DNA of 64,000 nucleotides from Eledone cirrhosa (GCA_964016885.1 OZ024743.1:329034001-329098000), one strand, 5' to 3'; counted from the first letter of the stretch, positions 26,947 to 41,095 are shown. Notes: generated by a model from the letters alone, not told the origin. Numbers and translations are program-made.

Positions 26947-27490
26947 GCAACGTGAAACAAAGTGTCTTGCTCAAGGACAACCAGAAATAAAGTGTCTTGC
27001 TCAAGGACGACGTTAAATAAAGTGTCTTGCTCAAGGACGACGTGAAATAAAGTGTCTTGCTCAAGGACAACGTTAAATAAAGTGCCTTGCTCAAGAACAA
27101 AGTGAAAGAAAGTGTCTTGCTCAAGAACAAAGTGAAATAAAGTGTCTTGCTCAAGGACTACGCTAAATAAAGTGTCTTGCTCAAGGACGACGTGAAATAA
27201 AGTGTCTTGCTCAAGAACAAAGTGAAAGAAAGTGTCTTGCTCAAGAACAAAGTGAAATAAAGTGTCTTGCTCAAGGACGACGTGAAATAAAGTGTCTTGC
27301 TCAAGGACGACGTGAAATAAAGTGTCTTGCTCAAGAACAAAGTGAAATAAAGTGTCTTGCTCAAGGACGACGTGAAATAAAGTGTCTTGCTCAAGGACGA
27401 CGTGAAATAAAGTGTCTTGCTCCAGAACAACGTTAATAAAGTGTCTTGCTCAAGGACGACGTTAAATAAAGTGTCTTGCTGAAAGACAAG
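26947..27490 (-). repeat. 30-bp minisatellite (~18 units) amplified from a SINE core
   Basis: Unit AACGTGAAATAAAGTGTCTTGCTCAAGGAC matches the SINE at 34958-34988; the tRNA-like head follows at 27495-27540. Confidence 0.9.
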
Positions 27491-27799
27491 GCACCGCAGG
27501 CAATCGAACTCAAGACCTTACAAATGTTAGCCAACCATACGTAACCGCTAAATGATAAGCTTGAACCACCTACACATACATAATACACAGATATACCGTG
27601 TATACCGGTACATAAGTCGAGAAATATATGACAATAGTATCGATGGTAAAATAAAGGTAGACTTATAACCGAGGTCACTATTTCACTATATTGCCGATAT
27701 TTACCAACCTCAAATTCTACGTAAATAGGCTGCTAAAATATCTAAGTGATGATTTTACAATGAAACACACACATGCCCGCGCACACAAACACACACACA

Positions 27800-27930
<131 letters not shown>

Positions 27931-27995
27931 CGTTCCTTCACGCACAAGGCGCCAGGGTACGCATGTATTGTCCAACCATTCTTTGAATGAAAAGA

Positions 27996-28079
27996 ACCTT
28001 CTGACGAGAATCTTTCTTTGCAACGAAGGCCGTATGGTCTCCGTTTTATTTTTGGGATTCGAAACCGATCGGTAAAGGT
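27996..28079 (+). ncRNA. Intact type I hammerhead ribozyme
   Basis: ACCTT CTGACGA GAATCTT...GGGATTC GAAA CCGATCGG TA^ AAGGT, in TA-flanked module 27925-28150. Confidence 0.88.
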
Positions 28080-28146
28080 AACTATAGTAGGTAAAGTCAA
28101 TTTTTAAAAATTTATTTTGAAACTTTTTCATTATTTACTAAACCTT

Positions 28147-28208
<62 letters not shown>

Positions 28209-28222
28209 AACAATACAATATA

Positions 28223-28290
28223 CCTCATTACCAGTGGTTTCCCGAATAAGACGAATACAAGAAACGTCCTCATTCGTTCGTCAGACAAGG
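28223..28290 (-). ncRNA. Type I hammerhead ribozyme
   Basis: Minus strand reads CCTTGT CTGACGA aCGAATGAG..TTATTCGg GAAA CCAcTGG TA^ ATGAGG. Confidence 0.8.
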
Positions 28291-28572
28291 CAATTTATAA
28301 CATAGTGAAATATTTGAAAAATCTCCTCAAGAAAGGCAAAAGTTTAACGGGCAAAAAAATATATAAATAAAAGTAATGCAAGAGATATATAAAAATAAAA
28401 TAAGGAAATATAGTAAGGGTATGCGTATAAATGTGTGTATATGCACTTACAAATGTACATATGTCTGTATGTACAAATGAATGTGTATAGTGAGAAAATG
28501 TGAGCTCTGTAACTTACATAGACCACTCTTCACTCCTATGACTTTTTTAATTTTCAACGGAAACTTCAATAG

Positions 28573-28640
<68 letters not shown>

Positions 28641-28683
28641 ATAATATTAATAAATGAAAACTATCTTTATAAAACCATATTTA

Positions 28684-28741
28684 TTTTATTATACATATTT
28701 CAAGGGTACCAACATTTTTGGTACGCTCTCATCAGATAAAA
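28684..28741 (-). ncRNA. Type I hammerhead ribozyme (AT-rich family)
   Basis: Minus strand reads TTTTAT CTGATGA GAGcGTACCAA aaatg TTGGTACcCTT GAAA TATGTATA^ ATAAAA. Paralogs at 42822-42883, 47172-47228 and a deleted copy near 30590-30620. Confidence 0.8.
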
Positions 28742-28917
28742 TACAAAAGTTGTTTTACAGATAGTGACATATTCAAAACGAGAACTTAACCTTTTGAATT
28801 CTGTTTGAATAGTCATTTATTAATATTATTAATATTATACTCCAGAAGAAACTTGTAGAGTGCTTCTAATCTGTTAAAAACTAAATTTGTTGAATAATCA
28901 GCAAATTAAATAACTCA

Positions 28918-29175
28918 CTGAAAACAATGAAATTAAACAAAATACAGGTAATTCATAGTAAAACTCATTATTTTACGATCGTTTCTGGGGGATAGTTCAT
29001 TCTATTATTGATCTATGTAAAATATATTACAAATTATGATAACTTGTAATATATTTTACATAGATCAATAATAGAATGAACATACGGAGAACTACCCCCC
29101 CCCCCAGAAACGATCGTAAAATAATCAGTTTTACTATGAATTACCCGTATTTTGTTTAATTTCATTGTTTTCACT
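28918..29175. repeat. ~260-bp near-palindrome carrying hammerhead 3' half GAAACGATCGTA
   Basis: Arms mirror around about 29035-29040. Confidence 0.8.
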
Positions 29176-29317
29176 ATTTGTATTATTTTGACTCTGCTTC
29201 CAATGAATTATATCGTTGAAATTTTGTATTTTAAACTTTGCTTCACAACATCTTCTACATACGGATTACATTGAGTTCTTCATACGGCTTAGACCCTACC
29301 ATGAATTGGTGGATTTA

Positions 29318-29360
<43 letters not shown>

Positions 29361-29560
29361 GGAAAAAGTATGACCCCGACGGCAGAGCTCAAGCCGTTTC
29401 GACGGCTATTTCTGGACTAGTCCCACTCTATTACACGCTCTACTACCCTAAGTATTGAGTACTCTGGTGCGTTATGGTCCATCTGGTTCCTTACCACAAT
29501 TCCTTCGTTATATATATATATATATATATAGAAAAACCACAGACCCTCCATCTCAACTCA

Positions 29561-29598
29561 CCTTTTGAAAAGCAGAAGAACTGCGAAACCGGTAAAGG
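29561..29598 (+). ncRNA. Minimal hammerhead with U3-A8 core variant
   Basis: CCTT TTGAAAA GCAG aagaa CTGC GAAA CCGG TA^ AAGG. Paralogs at 45353-45389(-) and 62809-62845(+). Confidence 0.78.
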
Positions 29599-29729
29599 AA
29601 CCAAATAAATATATATATTTAAAAAAAAAATAAGACTCCAGTTGCATTTTCGATTTCATCTCTTTTTCTTTATACTTTCACTCGTGTAGGACACCTCGGT
29701 TATTTTTCATTTTGTAAAAAAACCCTCAC

Positions 29730-29775
<46 letters not shown>

Positions 29776-29780
<5 letters not shown>

Positions 29781-30090
29781 TAAGAGGAATTCCAACTTTG
29801 TCTGATTTACTCGTTTTATTTACAATCCTTTAAAATTTATAATGGTATTATAATGAAATAGTATGATAGAATATTAAATGTTAAGTGTTAATTGAACAAG
29901 TACTTTCATGCATTCGCAATCTTCAGGTTCATAATGTGTGGTGACAGTCAAGTTTGCAATTTTCAACTGTCAGTTGAAAATTTTAGTATAAATTTTAAAG
30001 GATTGTAAATAAAACGAGTAAATCAGACAAAGTTGGAATTCCTCTTATTAATATAATCTTCTATACACAATCATACACACCCGTGTATAT

Positions 30091-30092
<2 letters not shown>
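29776..30092 (-). mobile_element. TA-flanked inverted module with minimal hammerhead at 29893-29931
   Basis: Paralog of 3585-3911. Confidence 0.8.
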
Positions 30093-30133
<41 letters not shown>

Positions 30134-30328
30134 GAAAACAGAGAGAAAGAGACGATTATGAGGAAGAAAAACATTTTTTTTTCCTTTTTTTTGTCTCTCT
30201 CTCTTTTTCTGGGTTAGAAAATGATTAAAACGAAATGTTTTACTTTGTGTGAAGTGTTAAGGTATTAATTGATTTATTTATTATTTAGCAGTGGCATTTA
30301 TTTATCTATTTATATATTTAATTATTGT

Positions 30329-30370
30329 CTATTACCGGTTTCTGCATTTATATGCATTATCAAATGATAG
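30329..30370 (-). ncRNA. Minimal hammerhead with U3-A8 core (weak stem I)
   Basis: Minus strand reads TTGATAA TGCA tataaa TGCA GAAA CCGG TA^ ATAG. Confidence 0.55.
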
Positions 30371-30684
30371 TGAAATGTATTAGTGTGGTATCGCACATGT
30401 TAAACAGAAATATATATATATATATTTATTAAAATATATTTATAGCACTGAGTTATTTGGTTTGTTGATTATTCAACAAACTTAATTTACAACAGATTAG
30501 AAGCACTCAACGAATTTTCCGGAGTATCATTAATATCAATAATATTAATAAGTGGAAAATATCATTATAAAACCATATTTATTTTATATATGTTTTAGTA
30601 CGCTTTCGTCAGATAAAATACAATAATTGGTGTAAAGATAGTGACATCTTCATGTGAACTTCATGTTATAAGCTCAGTGAGGAG

Positions 30685-31419
<735 letters not shown>

Positions 31420-31519
31420 TATACACGCAAGCCGACTGATTTTCTCTGACTTAATTATACTTTTTCATTCAATCACACATAAGATTGAAATTCTACTTCT
31501 GATGGGTATTTTATTGCTC

Positions 31520-33210
31520 TCTCCCTCTCTCTCGTTTACTGTCTCTCCCCCCCCTCTCTCTCTCTCGTTTGCTGTCACTCCCTCCCTCTCTCTCGTTTGC
31601 TGTCACTCCCTCCCTCTCTCTCGTTTGCTGTCACTCCCTCCCTCTCTCTCGTTTGCTGTCTCTCCCTCCCTCACTCTCGTTTACTGTCTCTCCCTCCCTC
31701 TCTCTCGTTTGCTGTCTCTCCCTCCCTCTCTCTCGTTTGCTGTCTCTCCCTCCCTCTCTCTCGTTTACTGTCTCTCCCTCCCTCTCTCTCGTTTACTGTC
31801 TCTCCCTCCCTCACTCTCGTTTACTGTCTGCCCCCTCTCTCTCCCGTTACTGTCTCTCCCCCCTCTCTCTCTCGTTTACTGTCTCTCCCTCCCTCTCTCT
31901 GGTTTACTGTCTCTCCCTCCCTCTCTCTCGTTTACTGTCTCCCCCCTCTCTCTCTCTCGTTTGCTGTCTCTCCCTCCATCTCTCTCGTTTACTGTCTCTC
32001 CCTCTCTCTCTCTCGTTTACTGTCTCTAACTCCTCTCTCTCGTTTGCTGTCTCTCCCTCCCTCTCTCTCGTTCGCTGTCTCTCCCTCCCTCTCTCACGTC
32101 TGCCGTCTCTCCCTCCCTCTCTCTCGTTTTCTGTCTCTCCCTCCCTCTCTCTCGTTTGCTGTCTCTCCCTCCCCCTCTCTCGTTTACTGTCTCTCCCCCC
32201 TCTCTCTCTCCTTTACTGTCTCTCCCTCCCTCTCTCTCGTTTACTGTCTCTCCCTCCCTCTCTCTCGTTTGCTGTCTCTCCCTCCCTCTCTCTCGTTTGC
32301 TGTCTCTCACCCCTCTCTCTCGTTTACTGTCTCTCCCTCCCTCTCTCTCGTTTACTGTCTCTCCCTCCCTCACTCTCGTTTACTGTCTACCCCCTCTCTC
32401 TCGTTTACTGTCTCTCCCCCCCTCTCTCTCTCCTTTACTGTCTCTCCCTCCCTCTCTCTCGTTTACTGTCTCTCCCTCCCTCTCTCTCGTTTACTGTCTC
32501 TCCCTCCCTCTCTATCGTTTACTGTCTCTCCCTCCCTCTCTCTCGTTTACTGTCTCTCCCTCCCTCTCTCTCGTTTGCTGTCTCTCCCTCCCTCTCTCTC
32601 GTTTACTGTCTCTCCCTCCCTCTCTCTCGTTTACTGTCTCTCCCTCCCTCTCTCTCGTTTACTGTCTCTCCCTCCCTCTCTCTCGTTTACTGTCTCGCCC
32701 TCCCTCTCTCTCGTTTACTGTCTCTCCCTCCCTCTCTCTCGTTTGCTGTCTCTCCCTCCCTCTCTCTCGTTCGCTGTCTCTCCCTCCCTCTCTCTCGTTT
32801 GCTGTCTGTCCCTCCCTCTCTCTCGTTTGCTGTCTCTCCCTCTCTCTCTCTCTCTCTCGTGGGAGCTGTCTCTCCCTCTCTCTCTCTCTCTCTCTCTCGT
32901 GGGAACTGTCTCTCCCTCCCTCTCTCTCGTTTACTGTCTCTCCCTCCCTCTCTCTCGTTTGCTGTCTCTCCCTCCCTCTCTCTCGTTTGCTCTCTCTCCC
33001 TCCCTCTCTCTCGTTCGCTGTCTCTCCCTCCCTCTCTCTCGTTTGCTGTCTCTCCTTCCCTCTCTCTCTCTATCTCTCTCTCGTGGGAGCTGTCTCTCCC
33101 TCGCTCTCTCTCTCGTTTGCTGTCTCTCCCTATCCCTCCCTCTCACATCTGCTTCTCTCCCTCTCTCCCTCCCTCTCTCACGTTTGCTGTCTCTCCCTCC
33201 CTCTTCTACT
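31520..33210. repeat. 28-bp CT-rich minisatellite
   Basis: Unit GTTTACTGTCTCTCCCTCCCTCTCTCTC (e.g. at 32461 and 32489). Confidence 0.95.
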
Positions 33211-33544
33211 CTATAACTCCCTCGCTATACAATGTAATCTCCCTCTCAACTACTCTCAGCATGTGTAGGGCTGGAAGTAAAGAAAAATTCGGAAATCTTG
33301 TTGAAACTTTCTAAAACGGATGAAATGGTAAAAAGTCATTACGTAATGGAGCTGTGGAACAAACACTTTACTCTAAACGACATTTAAAATATCTTAAATA
33401 GCAAAACATTAAATCTTCATAAATATATTCTCCATTGAAGAGAATTTCAAAACAGTGCCATCTAAACATAATTTGTTGATTAGCTGCCTCGGTTGAAAAA
33501 CGGGGTTTGGAGTTTGCCCATTTCTTAGACATAAAATAAGGAGC

Positions 33545-33602
33545 TGACTTATACTCCGATCGACTTATATTCCGATCAACTTATATTCGAGTATATACGG
33601 TA
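33545..33602. mobile_element. Tigger/pogo-like transposon end
   Basis: Subterminal repeats (G/A)ACTTATA(C/T)TC x3 ending CGAGTATATACGG-TA. Confidence 0.55.
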
Positions 33603-33619
33603 TATACATAGATATACAA

Positions 33620-33911
33620 TCGCAACCTGGTGCAGTTTGCGACAAACCCAGGTTCTGCTGCACGTCGGGCTGAGGAGGCCAAATTCTTCATATACCGCTC
33701 ACTCTCCGACAGGTTTGTGGTTGTACCCTTGGCAGTGGAGACTTCTGGTGTCCTCGTTCCTGGGGCTACCTCCCTACTCACCAACATAGGCGCTGAGCTG
33801 GCCAGCCGCAGGTATGAGCCTCGGGAGTTGGAATGGCTTTTCCTTGCCGTCCTCCGGGAAAACGCCTTCTCCATTCTGTCCGCCAGGGCTATGGGGAGGC
33901 CACCAATATGA
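33620..33911 (+). pseudogene. C-terminal restriction-like endonuclease region of a CRE-like non-LTR retrotransposon
   Basis: AARRAEEAK..Y..L...F.VVPLAVETSG.....A..LL..IG....LRENAFSIL matches the RLE tail motif (E..K..KY, P.avET.G, rgNa). Confidence 0.78.
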
Positions 33912-34270
33912 TTGACTGACTTGTCATTTTATCAGTCAGATGTTCTAATGATCCTATTGATTCTTCTCTTCTCTTTCTCCCTCTCTCACTTCTTACCTAT
34001 TTCGGATTCGATCTAACATAATAAAGGAGAATTTAAAGTAGCGTTAATAAAAAATAAAAAAATCAGATCTAATAATACGCCATGTGTGTTTGCATATATC
34101 TGTGTCTAACTAATATTTACAGAGAGACAGACATGATATGATATGGTCCTGTAACTCCTGATGGAATCGTAGGGGTATAGTGTTGACATACGGGCTTTTC
34201 TAGGACATTTTAAAACCTGGTGGAGCCCATCTTCCTTCCAGGTCTGAATACAACAGTTTTCTTCCTCTTC

Positions 34271-34357
<87 letters not shown>

Positions 34358-34954
34358 GAAGTGAGAGGAATAATCGACCTCAGTAGTAGACGTTATTTTT
34401 TATCGACCTCGGCGGAATTTGAACTCAGAGAATAAAGGGCCAGAACATAGAGGAGTCTACCTGACGTTCTAACGACTCTTCAGTCAATTTGTCGCCTTGG
34501 TGACATACACATGCGCACAATGAACTTCCTATCTCAGTCATGTTGCTAGAACAAGTTCCCTTTCCAATCACAAGGTCCTAAGTTCTAATCCTACATTTGT
34601 CCCTATAAATAGTTATTTCTCCACAGTTCCTCAGACATTTAATCCTGTATGTCATTTGTACATATATGCTGAACATTTATGTAATTATATCCTCAAGATA
34701 AATTATTAGAATACTTTTTTTACCTTTAATTACTTCCATGTGTTAGTCAATACTCAACGTAAACTATAGAGTAATATAAAAAAAAGTCAGTTCAAATTGC
34801 TTTCAGCCAGGTTAAGGAGTATGGCGTCGTTGTTGGACAACATTCCACACATAAAGATCGATCGACTTTCGTCATATCAGACCGAGGAAACAATGTTTCC
34901 GTCGGTCTTTCCAGTTGCTAGTACTGTCTATCGGTCGCAACTCCAGGTAGAAGG

Positions 34955-35072
34955 AGCAACGTGAAATAAAGTGTCTTGCTCAAGGACATAACGCACCACC
35001 CGGTCCAGGAATCAAACTCACAACCTCAAGATTGTGAATCCAATTCTCTAACCACTCAGCCACATGCCTTCA
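34955..35072 (-). mobile_element. tRNA-derived CORE-like SINE
   Basis: Reverse complement of the 24041 family with an intact GAAGGCATGTGGCTGAGTGGTTAG head. Confidence 0.85.
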
Positions 35073-35424
35073 CATGCCTCCACTCATAAGAATAGATGTA
35101 AACATACAAACTATATGGTAAACTTTAGGGTTTCTATTATAAAAAGAACTATACATTTATCAAAACGTATGTTTCCCATTTTGTATGATTGTTCATATAT
35201 TCGATACTCTTGGTACATATAATCTGGGCACCAAAAATTAAATACATTTCACGCCATTGCTGTAGTTATTGACGGCACGGGTTTACTAGTGTATATTTAG
35301 TAAACACCTAGTCACACTTACACATACAACCCTGCCCCCATCGTCGACAGACGACTGTAAATGTCATTAGTGTCTGTTTGGTTGTTGTTGAAGTTATATA
35401 ACCTTAGTGCTGAATCTAGTCTGT

Positions 35425-36485
35425 GTGGTGGTTATGGTGGTGGTGGTGGTGGTAGTAGTGATGATGGTGGTGGTGGTAGTGGTGGTGGTAGTGGCAGTAG
35501 TGGTGGTGATAATGGTGGTGGTGGTAGTGATGATGGTGGTGGTGATAAAGGTGGTGGTGGTGGTGGTGGTGGTGGTAGTGATGGTGGTGGTGGTGAGGGT
35601 GGGGGTAGTGCTGATGGTAGTGGCGGTAGTGGTGGTGATAATGATGGTGGTGGTGGTGATGGCGGTGGTGGAGGTGGTGATAATGATGGTGGTGGTGGTG
35701 ATGGCGGTGGTGGAGGTGGTGATAATGGTGGTGGAGGTAGTGATAATGGTGGTGGTGGTAGTGATGTTGGTGGTAGTGGTCGTGATAATGGTGGTGGTGG
35801 TGGCGGTGGTGGTGGTGGTGATGGTGGTGGCAGTAGTGGTGGTGATAATAGCGGTAGTGGTAGTGATGATTGTGGTGGTGGTAGTGATGGTGGTGATGGT
35901 GATGGAGGTGGCGTTGGCGGTGATGATGATGGTGGTGATGGTAGTGGTTGTGTTGATTGTGGTGGTGGTAGTGATGGTGGTGGTGGTGGTGGTGGTGGTG
36001 ATGGTGGTGGAGGTGGCGTTGGCGGTGATGATGATGGTTGTGTTGATTGTGGTGGTGGTAGTGATGGTGATGGTGGTGGAGGTGATGATGATGACGGTGG
36101 TGGTAGTGCTGATGGTGGTGGTGGTTGTGGTAGTGATGATAGTGGTGGCGGTAGTGGTGGTGGTGGCGGTGGTGGTGATTATGATGGTGGTGGCGGTAGT
36201 GGTGGTGATAATGGCGGTGGTGGTAGTGATGATGGTGGTGGCGGTAGTGGTGGTGGTGGCGGCGGTGGTGATTATGATGGCGGTGGCGGTAGTGGTGGTG
36301 ATAATGGCGGTGGTGGTAGTGATGATGGTGGTGGTGGTGGCGATGATAGTGGTGGCAGTGGTGGTAGTGATGGTAATGATGACGGTGGTGGTGATGATGA
36401 TGGCCGTGGTGGTGGTGGTGGTAGTGATAATGGTGGGGGTGATAGTGATGATGATGACGGTGGTGGCGATAGTGATGGTGGTGGA
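35425..36485. repeat. (GGT/GAT)n trinucleotide array
   Basis: Visible directly. Confidence 0.9.
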
Positions 36486-36504
36486 CTTCGTTGCCTGTAG
36501 TGTT

Positions 36505-37825
36505 TAACTGTGGTAGGGTGTGAGGGTGGAGGGTTTACCCTTATATCTACAGGGGTGTAACTGTGGTAGGTTGTGAGGGTGGAGGGTTTACCCTTATATC
36601 TACAGGGGTGTAACTGTGGTAGGTTGTGAGGGTGGAGGGTTTACCCTTATATCTACAGGGGTGTAACTGTGGTAGGTTGTGAGGGTGGAGGGTTTACCCT
36701 TATATCTACAGGGGTGTAACTGTGGTAGGGTGTGAGGGTGTAGGGTTTACCCTTATATCTACAGGGGTGTAACTGTGGTAGGTTTTGAGGGTGGAGGGTT
36801 TACCCTTATATCTACAGGGGTGTAACTGTGGTAGGTTGTGAGGGTGGCGGGTTTACCCTTATATCTACAGGGGTGTAACTGTGGTAGGGTGTGAGGGTGG
36901 AGGGTTTACCTTTATATCTACAGGGGTGTAACTGTGGTAGGTTGTGAGGGTGGAGGGTTTATCCTTATATCTACAGGGGTGTAACTGTGGTAGGTTGTGA
37001 AGGTGGATGGTTTACCCTTATATCTACAGGGGTGTAACTGTGGTAGGTCGTGAGGGTGGAGAGTTTACCCTTATATCTACAGGGGTGTAACTGTGGTAGG
37101 TTGTGAGGGTGGAGGGTTTACCCTTATATCTACAGGGGTGTAACTGTGGTAGGTTGTGAGGGTGGAGGGTTTACCCTTATATCTACAGGGGTGTAACTGT
37201 GGTAGGGTGTGAGGGTGGAGGGTTTACCCTTATATCTACAGGGGTGTAAATGTGGTAGGTTGTGAGGGTGGAGGGTTTACCCTTATATCTACAGGGGCGT
37301 AACTGTGGTAGGTTGTGAGGGTGGGGGGTTTACCCTTATATCTACAGGGGTGTAACTGTGGTAGGTTGTGAGGGTGGAGGGTTTACCCTTATATCTACAG
37401 GGGTGTAACTGTGGTAGGGTGTGAGGGTGGAGGGTTTACCCTTATATCTACAGAGGTGTAACTGTGGTAGGTTGTGAGGGTGGAGGGTTTACCCTTATAT
37501 CTACAGGGGTGTAACTGTGGTAGGTTGTGAGGGTGGAGGGTTTACCCTTATATCTACAGGGGCGTAACTGTGGTAGGTTGTGAGGGTGGAGGGTTTACCC
37601 TTATATCTACAGGGGTGTAACTGTGGTAGGTTGTGAAGGTGGAGGGTTTACCCTTATATCTACAGGGGTGTAACTATGGTAGGTTGTGAGGGTGGAGGGT
37701 TTACCCTTATATCTACAGGGGTGTAACTGTGGTCGGTTGTGAGGGTGTAGGGTTTACCCTTATATCTACAGGGGTTTAACTGTGGTAGGGTGTGAGGGTG
37801 GAGGGTTTACCCTTATATCTGCAGG
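36505..37825. repeat. 53-bp tandem repeat, ~25 near-identical units
   Basis: Unit TAACTGTGGTAGGTTGTGAGGGTGGAGGGTTTACCCTTATATCTACAGGGGTG; diverged units continue to about 38030. Confidence 0.97.
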
Positions 37826-38526
37826 CGTATAGTAGAGGTGTGTTGTGAGGGTGGAAAGTTTACCATCATAGCCTCAGGGGTTTAGTTGAGCTGTTTTGTG
37901 AGGGTGGAAAGTTTACCACCGTATCTACAGATTTTGCTGTGCTATACTGTTTAACCGAGCGTGGGGTTTACTATTATGATCATAGGGGTATAGCTGAGGT
38001 ATGGTGTGAGGCTGGAGAATTTACCATCTTGCTCACTAAGGTCTGTTGTTTAACTGGGGATGAAGGCTGCTCCATGTTTTCTGTAGGGTGTAGGTGAGAT
38101 ATGTATGTTATTGAAGAGAGGGTGGGATGTGGGAGGGTGGGAGAGCTCCATGTTATTAGTTCCTTTTTTTCAGATCTTACTTTTGGATTATCGATTAACT
38201 GTGATTTCTACTCAACTTCCTTTGTCGCTGGTTTCTCCTTCCAAATATTTGGAGATGAAATAATATATTGGATATCGATCCTAGGAAATATCTCAGACAT
38301 CGCAGACACTGATTGATTTGACTTCCGTTTACTTAGAACCAATCAATAGTTCAGATACATTTCTTAGAAATGTTACATATGTTGTTGCTGTAGTTATAAA
38401 GCCCCAGGTCAGTCCTGATTGAGTAGACCTATGATTAAAGGATTCCAAGACATGGCCATCCCACCTTTATTATAGATATTGTATCTGGTTTATAACAAAG
38501 TAAAATATACCAAAGACTAACAAGAA

Positions 38527-39580
38527 CCAGGTGGTGGTGTTAAACAGGGTGTCGTCTTGTTTTTAACATCATACAACAGGGTGTCGTCTTGTTTCTACCA
38601 TCATACAACAGGGTGGTGGTGTTAAACAGGGTGGCGTGTTGTTTCTACCATCATACAACAGAGTGGTGGTGTTAAACAGGGTGTCGTCTTGTTTCTACCA
38701 TCATACAACAGGGTGTTGGTGTTAAACAAGGTGTCGTCTTGTTTCTACCATCATACAATAGGGTGGTGGTGTTAAACAGGGTGGCGTGTTGTTTCTACCC
38801 TCATACAACAGGGTAGTGGTGTTAAACAGGGTGTCGTCTTGTTTCTACCATCATACAATAGGGTGGTGGTGTTAAACAGGGTGGCGTGTTGTTTCTACCA
38901 TCATACAATAGGGTGGTGGTGTTAAACAGGGTGGCGTGTTGTTTCTACCATCATACAACAGGGTAGTGGTGTTAAACAGGGTGTCGTCTTGTTTCTACCA
39001 TCATACAACAGGGTGGTGGTGTTAAACAGGGTGGCGTGTTGTTTCTACCATCATACAACAGGGTGTTGGTGTTAAACAAGGTGTCGTCTTGTTTCTACCA
39101 TCATACAATAGGGTGGTGGTGTTAAACAGGGTGTCGTCTTGTTTCTACCATCATACAACAGGGTGGTGGTGTTAAACAGGGTGTCGTCTTGTTTCTACCA
39201 TCATACAACAGGGTGTTGGTGTTAAACAAGGTGTCGTCTTGTTTCTACCATCATACAACAGGGTGGTGGTGTTAAACAGGGTGTCGTCTTGTTTCTACCA
39301 TCATACAACAGGGTGGTGGTGTTAAACAGGGTGTCGTCTTGTTTCTACCATCATACAACAGGGTGGTGGTGTTAAACAGAGTGGCGTCTTGTTTCTACCA
39401 TCATACAACAGGGTGGTGGTGTTAAACAGGGTGATGGTGTAAAACAGGGTGGCATGTTGTGTTTATCATCCAAGGACCGGGTGGTGGTGTTAAACAGGGT
39501 AGTGTGTTATATCTATCAACAAAGGTCAGGGTGGCGTTGTTAAACAGGGTGGTGTGTTATGTCTATCATCCCAGGATCCG
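38527..39580. repeat. 50-bp tandem repeat, ~18 units plus diverged edge
   Basis: Unit CAGGGTGGTGGTGTTAAACAGGGTGTCGTCTTGTTTCTACCATCATACAA. Confidence 0.97.
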
Positions 39581-40285
39581 GTGATGGCGGTGGGTTGGGG
39601 TGATGGCGGTGGTAGTAGTGGTAGCGATTCTGATGGTGGTAATAGTAGTGTTAAAGTAGGTGATGTGTTAATCCTAATACTCAAAGATCATATGGAGATA
39701 ATAAATCAGGTGTGATGTAGACCTACCACATAGTTGCAACAGTCACGTGACATACCTACTTTAGTAACTTCCTGTTTTAGTCATCTTTGTTACTATTTCT
39801 GCTGCAAAATTTCGTTATTTCTAACATTACATAAATATTTCTCAATGTTACACAGATTCTTACATCCATAACGCCCTCGCGTATTCCATTCTCTTTTGGT
39901 TTCCAGACGTATAGACATAGAGAGGTGGAATACATATCATCCCTGGATCTAATAGAGAGGTTCTCTCTCTCTCTCCCTCCCTCCCCCTCTCTCTACCCCT
40001 CTCTCTTTCTCTTGTACGCACACACACACGTTATCGGCGGTTAATTGGCATAGTGATTAGAGTGATGGATAGAATAAGCTGGAATACCTGTTCCAGAATT
40101 CTGCATTCTGAGTTCAAATCCCAGTCATGCCAATGTCCACGTTGTCGTTCAAGAATCCAAGTTAGCACATCCGGGATATTCTACTGGAAGTTTGAGAGAA
40201 AGAGAGTAAAGAGAGTACTTGCTTGTGAATATAGAAGGCGTGATAATACTATAAAGGTATACTCGACTGCAGGTGACGACCATAG

Positions 40286-40344
<59 letters not shown>

Positions 40345-40364
40345 ATTATTATTATTATTAATTT

Positions 40365-40605
40365 TATATATATATAGCGATGAATTTGTTTTGCAAGGTT
40401 CTTGATATATGAAATCGTGTGTTGAAACAAATATTGCTATATTTGGCGAGGGTCATATCGTTATTATATTGCCAGAAATAATAATAAAACACACTCCCTG
40501 TTTGGTTTGGATTGGTTTTCGTTTCTGTATATTTTATATCACCATAGTAAATTTAGCTTGCAATCAATGTTTATTATTGGTTGACCAACGGTTAAAGATA
40601 AATAT
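40365..40605 (+). mobile_element. TA-flanked dispersed module
   Basis: Homologous to 3950-4116(-) and 53180-53292(+); only a degenerate HHR-like ...GTTGAAACA. Confidence 0.6.
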
Positions 40606-40728
40606 TTGTATAAATATTTGTATAAATATTTCGTATCTCCAAAGAAATACGGTTTTAGGAAGCCGTAGCTATGCAAACACCAGGGGGCTAACGCCCTCTG
40701 GTGATGTCCAGCAGAAGCAAGGGGGACA

Positions 40729-40772
40729 ACCGCCTATGCATTTCAGGCTTAACTGGCCATCGTCAGGACGGT
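40729..40772 (-). ncRNA. Minimal type I hammerhead
   Basis: Minus strand reads ACCGTC CTGACGA tGGC cagttaa GCCt GAAA TGC ATA^ GGCGGT. Confidence 0.82.
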
Positions 40773-41051
40773 CCCTCCCACCGCTTGCGACTGCTAGACT
40801 AGAAGACAGCTGAGAATATATACTTTTCTCGTCTGTCTAAATGAGGTGATTAATCTCATTTGCATATGAAGCTGCATAAGTTGGCTCAACTTATAATAAA
40901 AAAGAAATAGGATTTCGCTTCAAGCATAGCTTTATACAATTTGTATAAATATTTCGTATCTCCAAAGAAATACGGTTTTAGGAAGCCGTAGTTATGCAAA
41001 CACCGGGGGGCTAACGCCCTCTGGTGATGTCCGTCGCAAACCGTGGCAGGG

Positions 41052-41095
41052 ACCGTCCTGACGAAGGCCAGTTAAGCCTGAAATGCATAGACGGT
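41052..41095 (+). ncRNA. Intact minimal type I hammerhead
   Basis: ACCGTC CTGACGA AGGC cagttaa GCCT GAAA TGC ATA^ GACGGT, with palindromic ATGCAT. Confidence 0.88.

Noticed and set aside
35361-36500. 379-aa Gly/Asp-rich ORF with a hydrophobic N-terminus
   Set aside because: It is a GGT/GAT trinucleotide array and the overlapping frame is also open. Coding cannot be fully excluded without RNA data.
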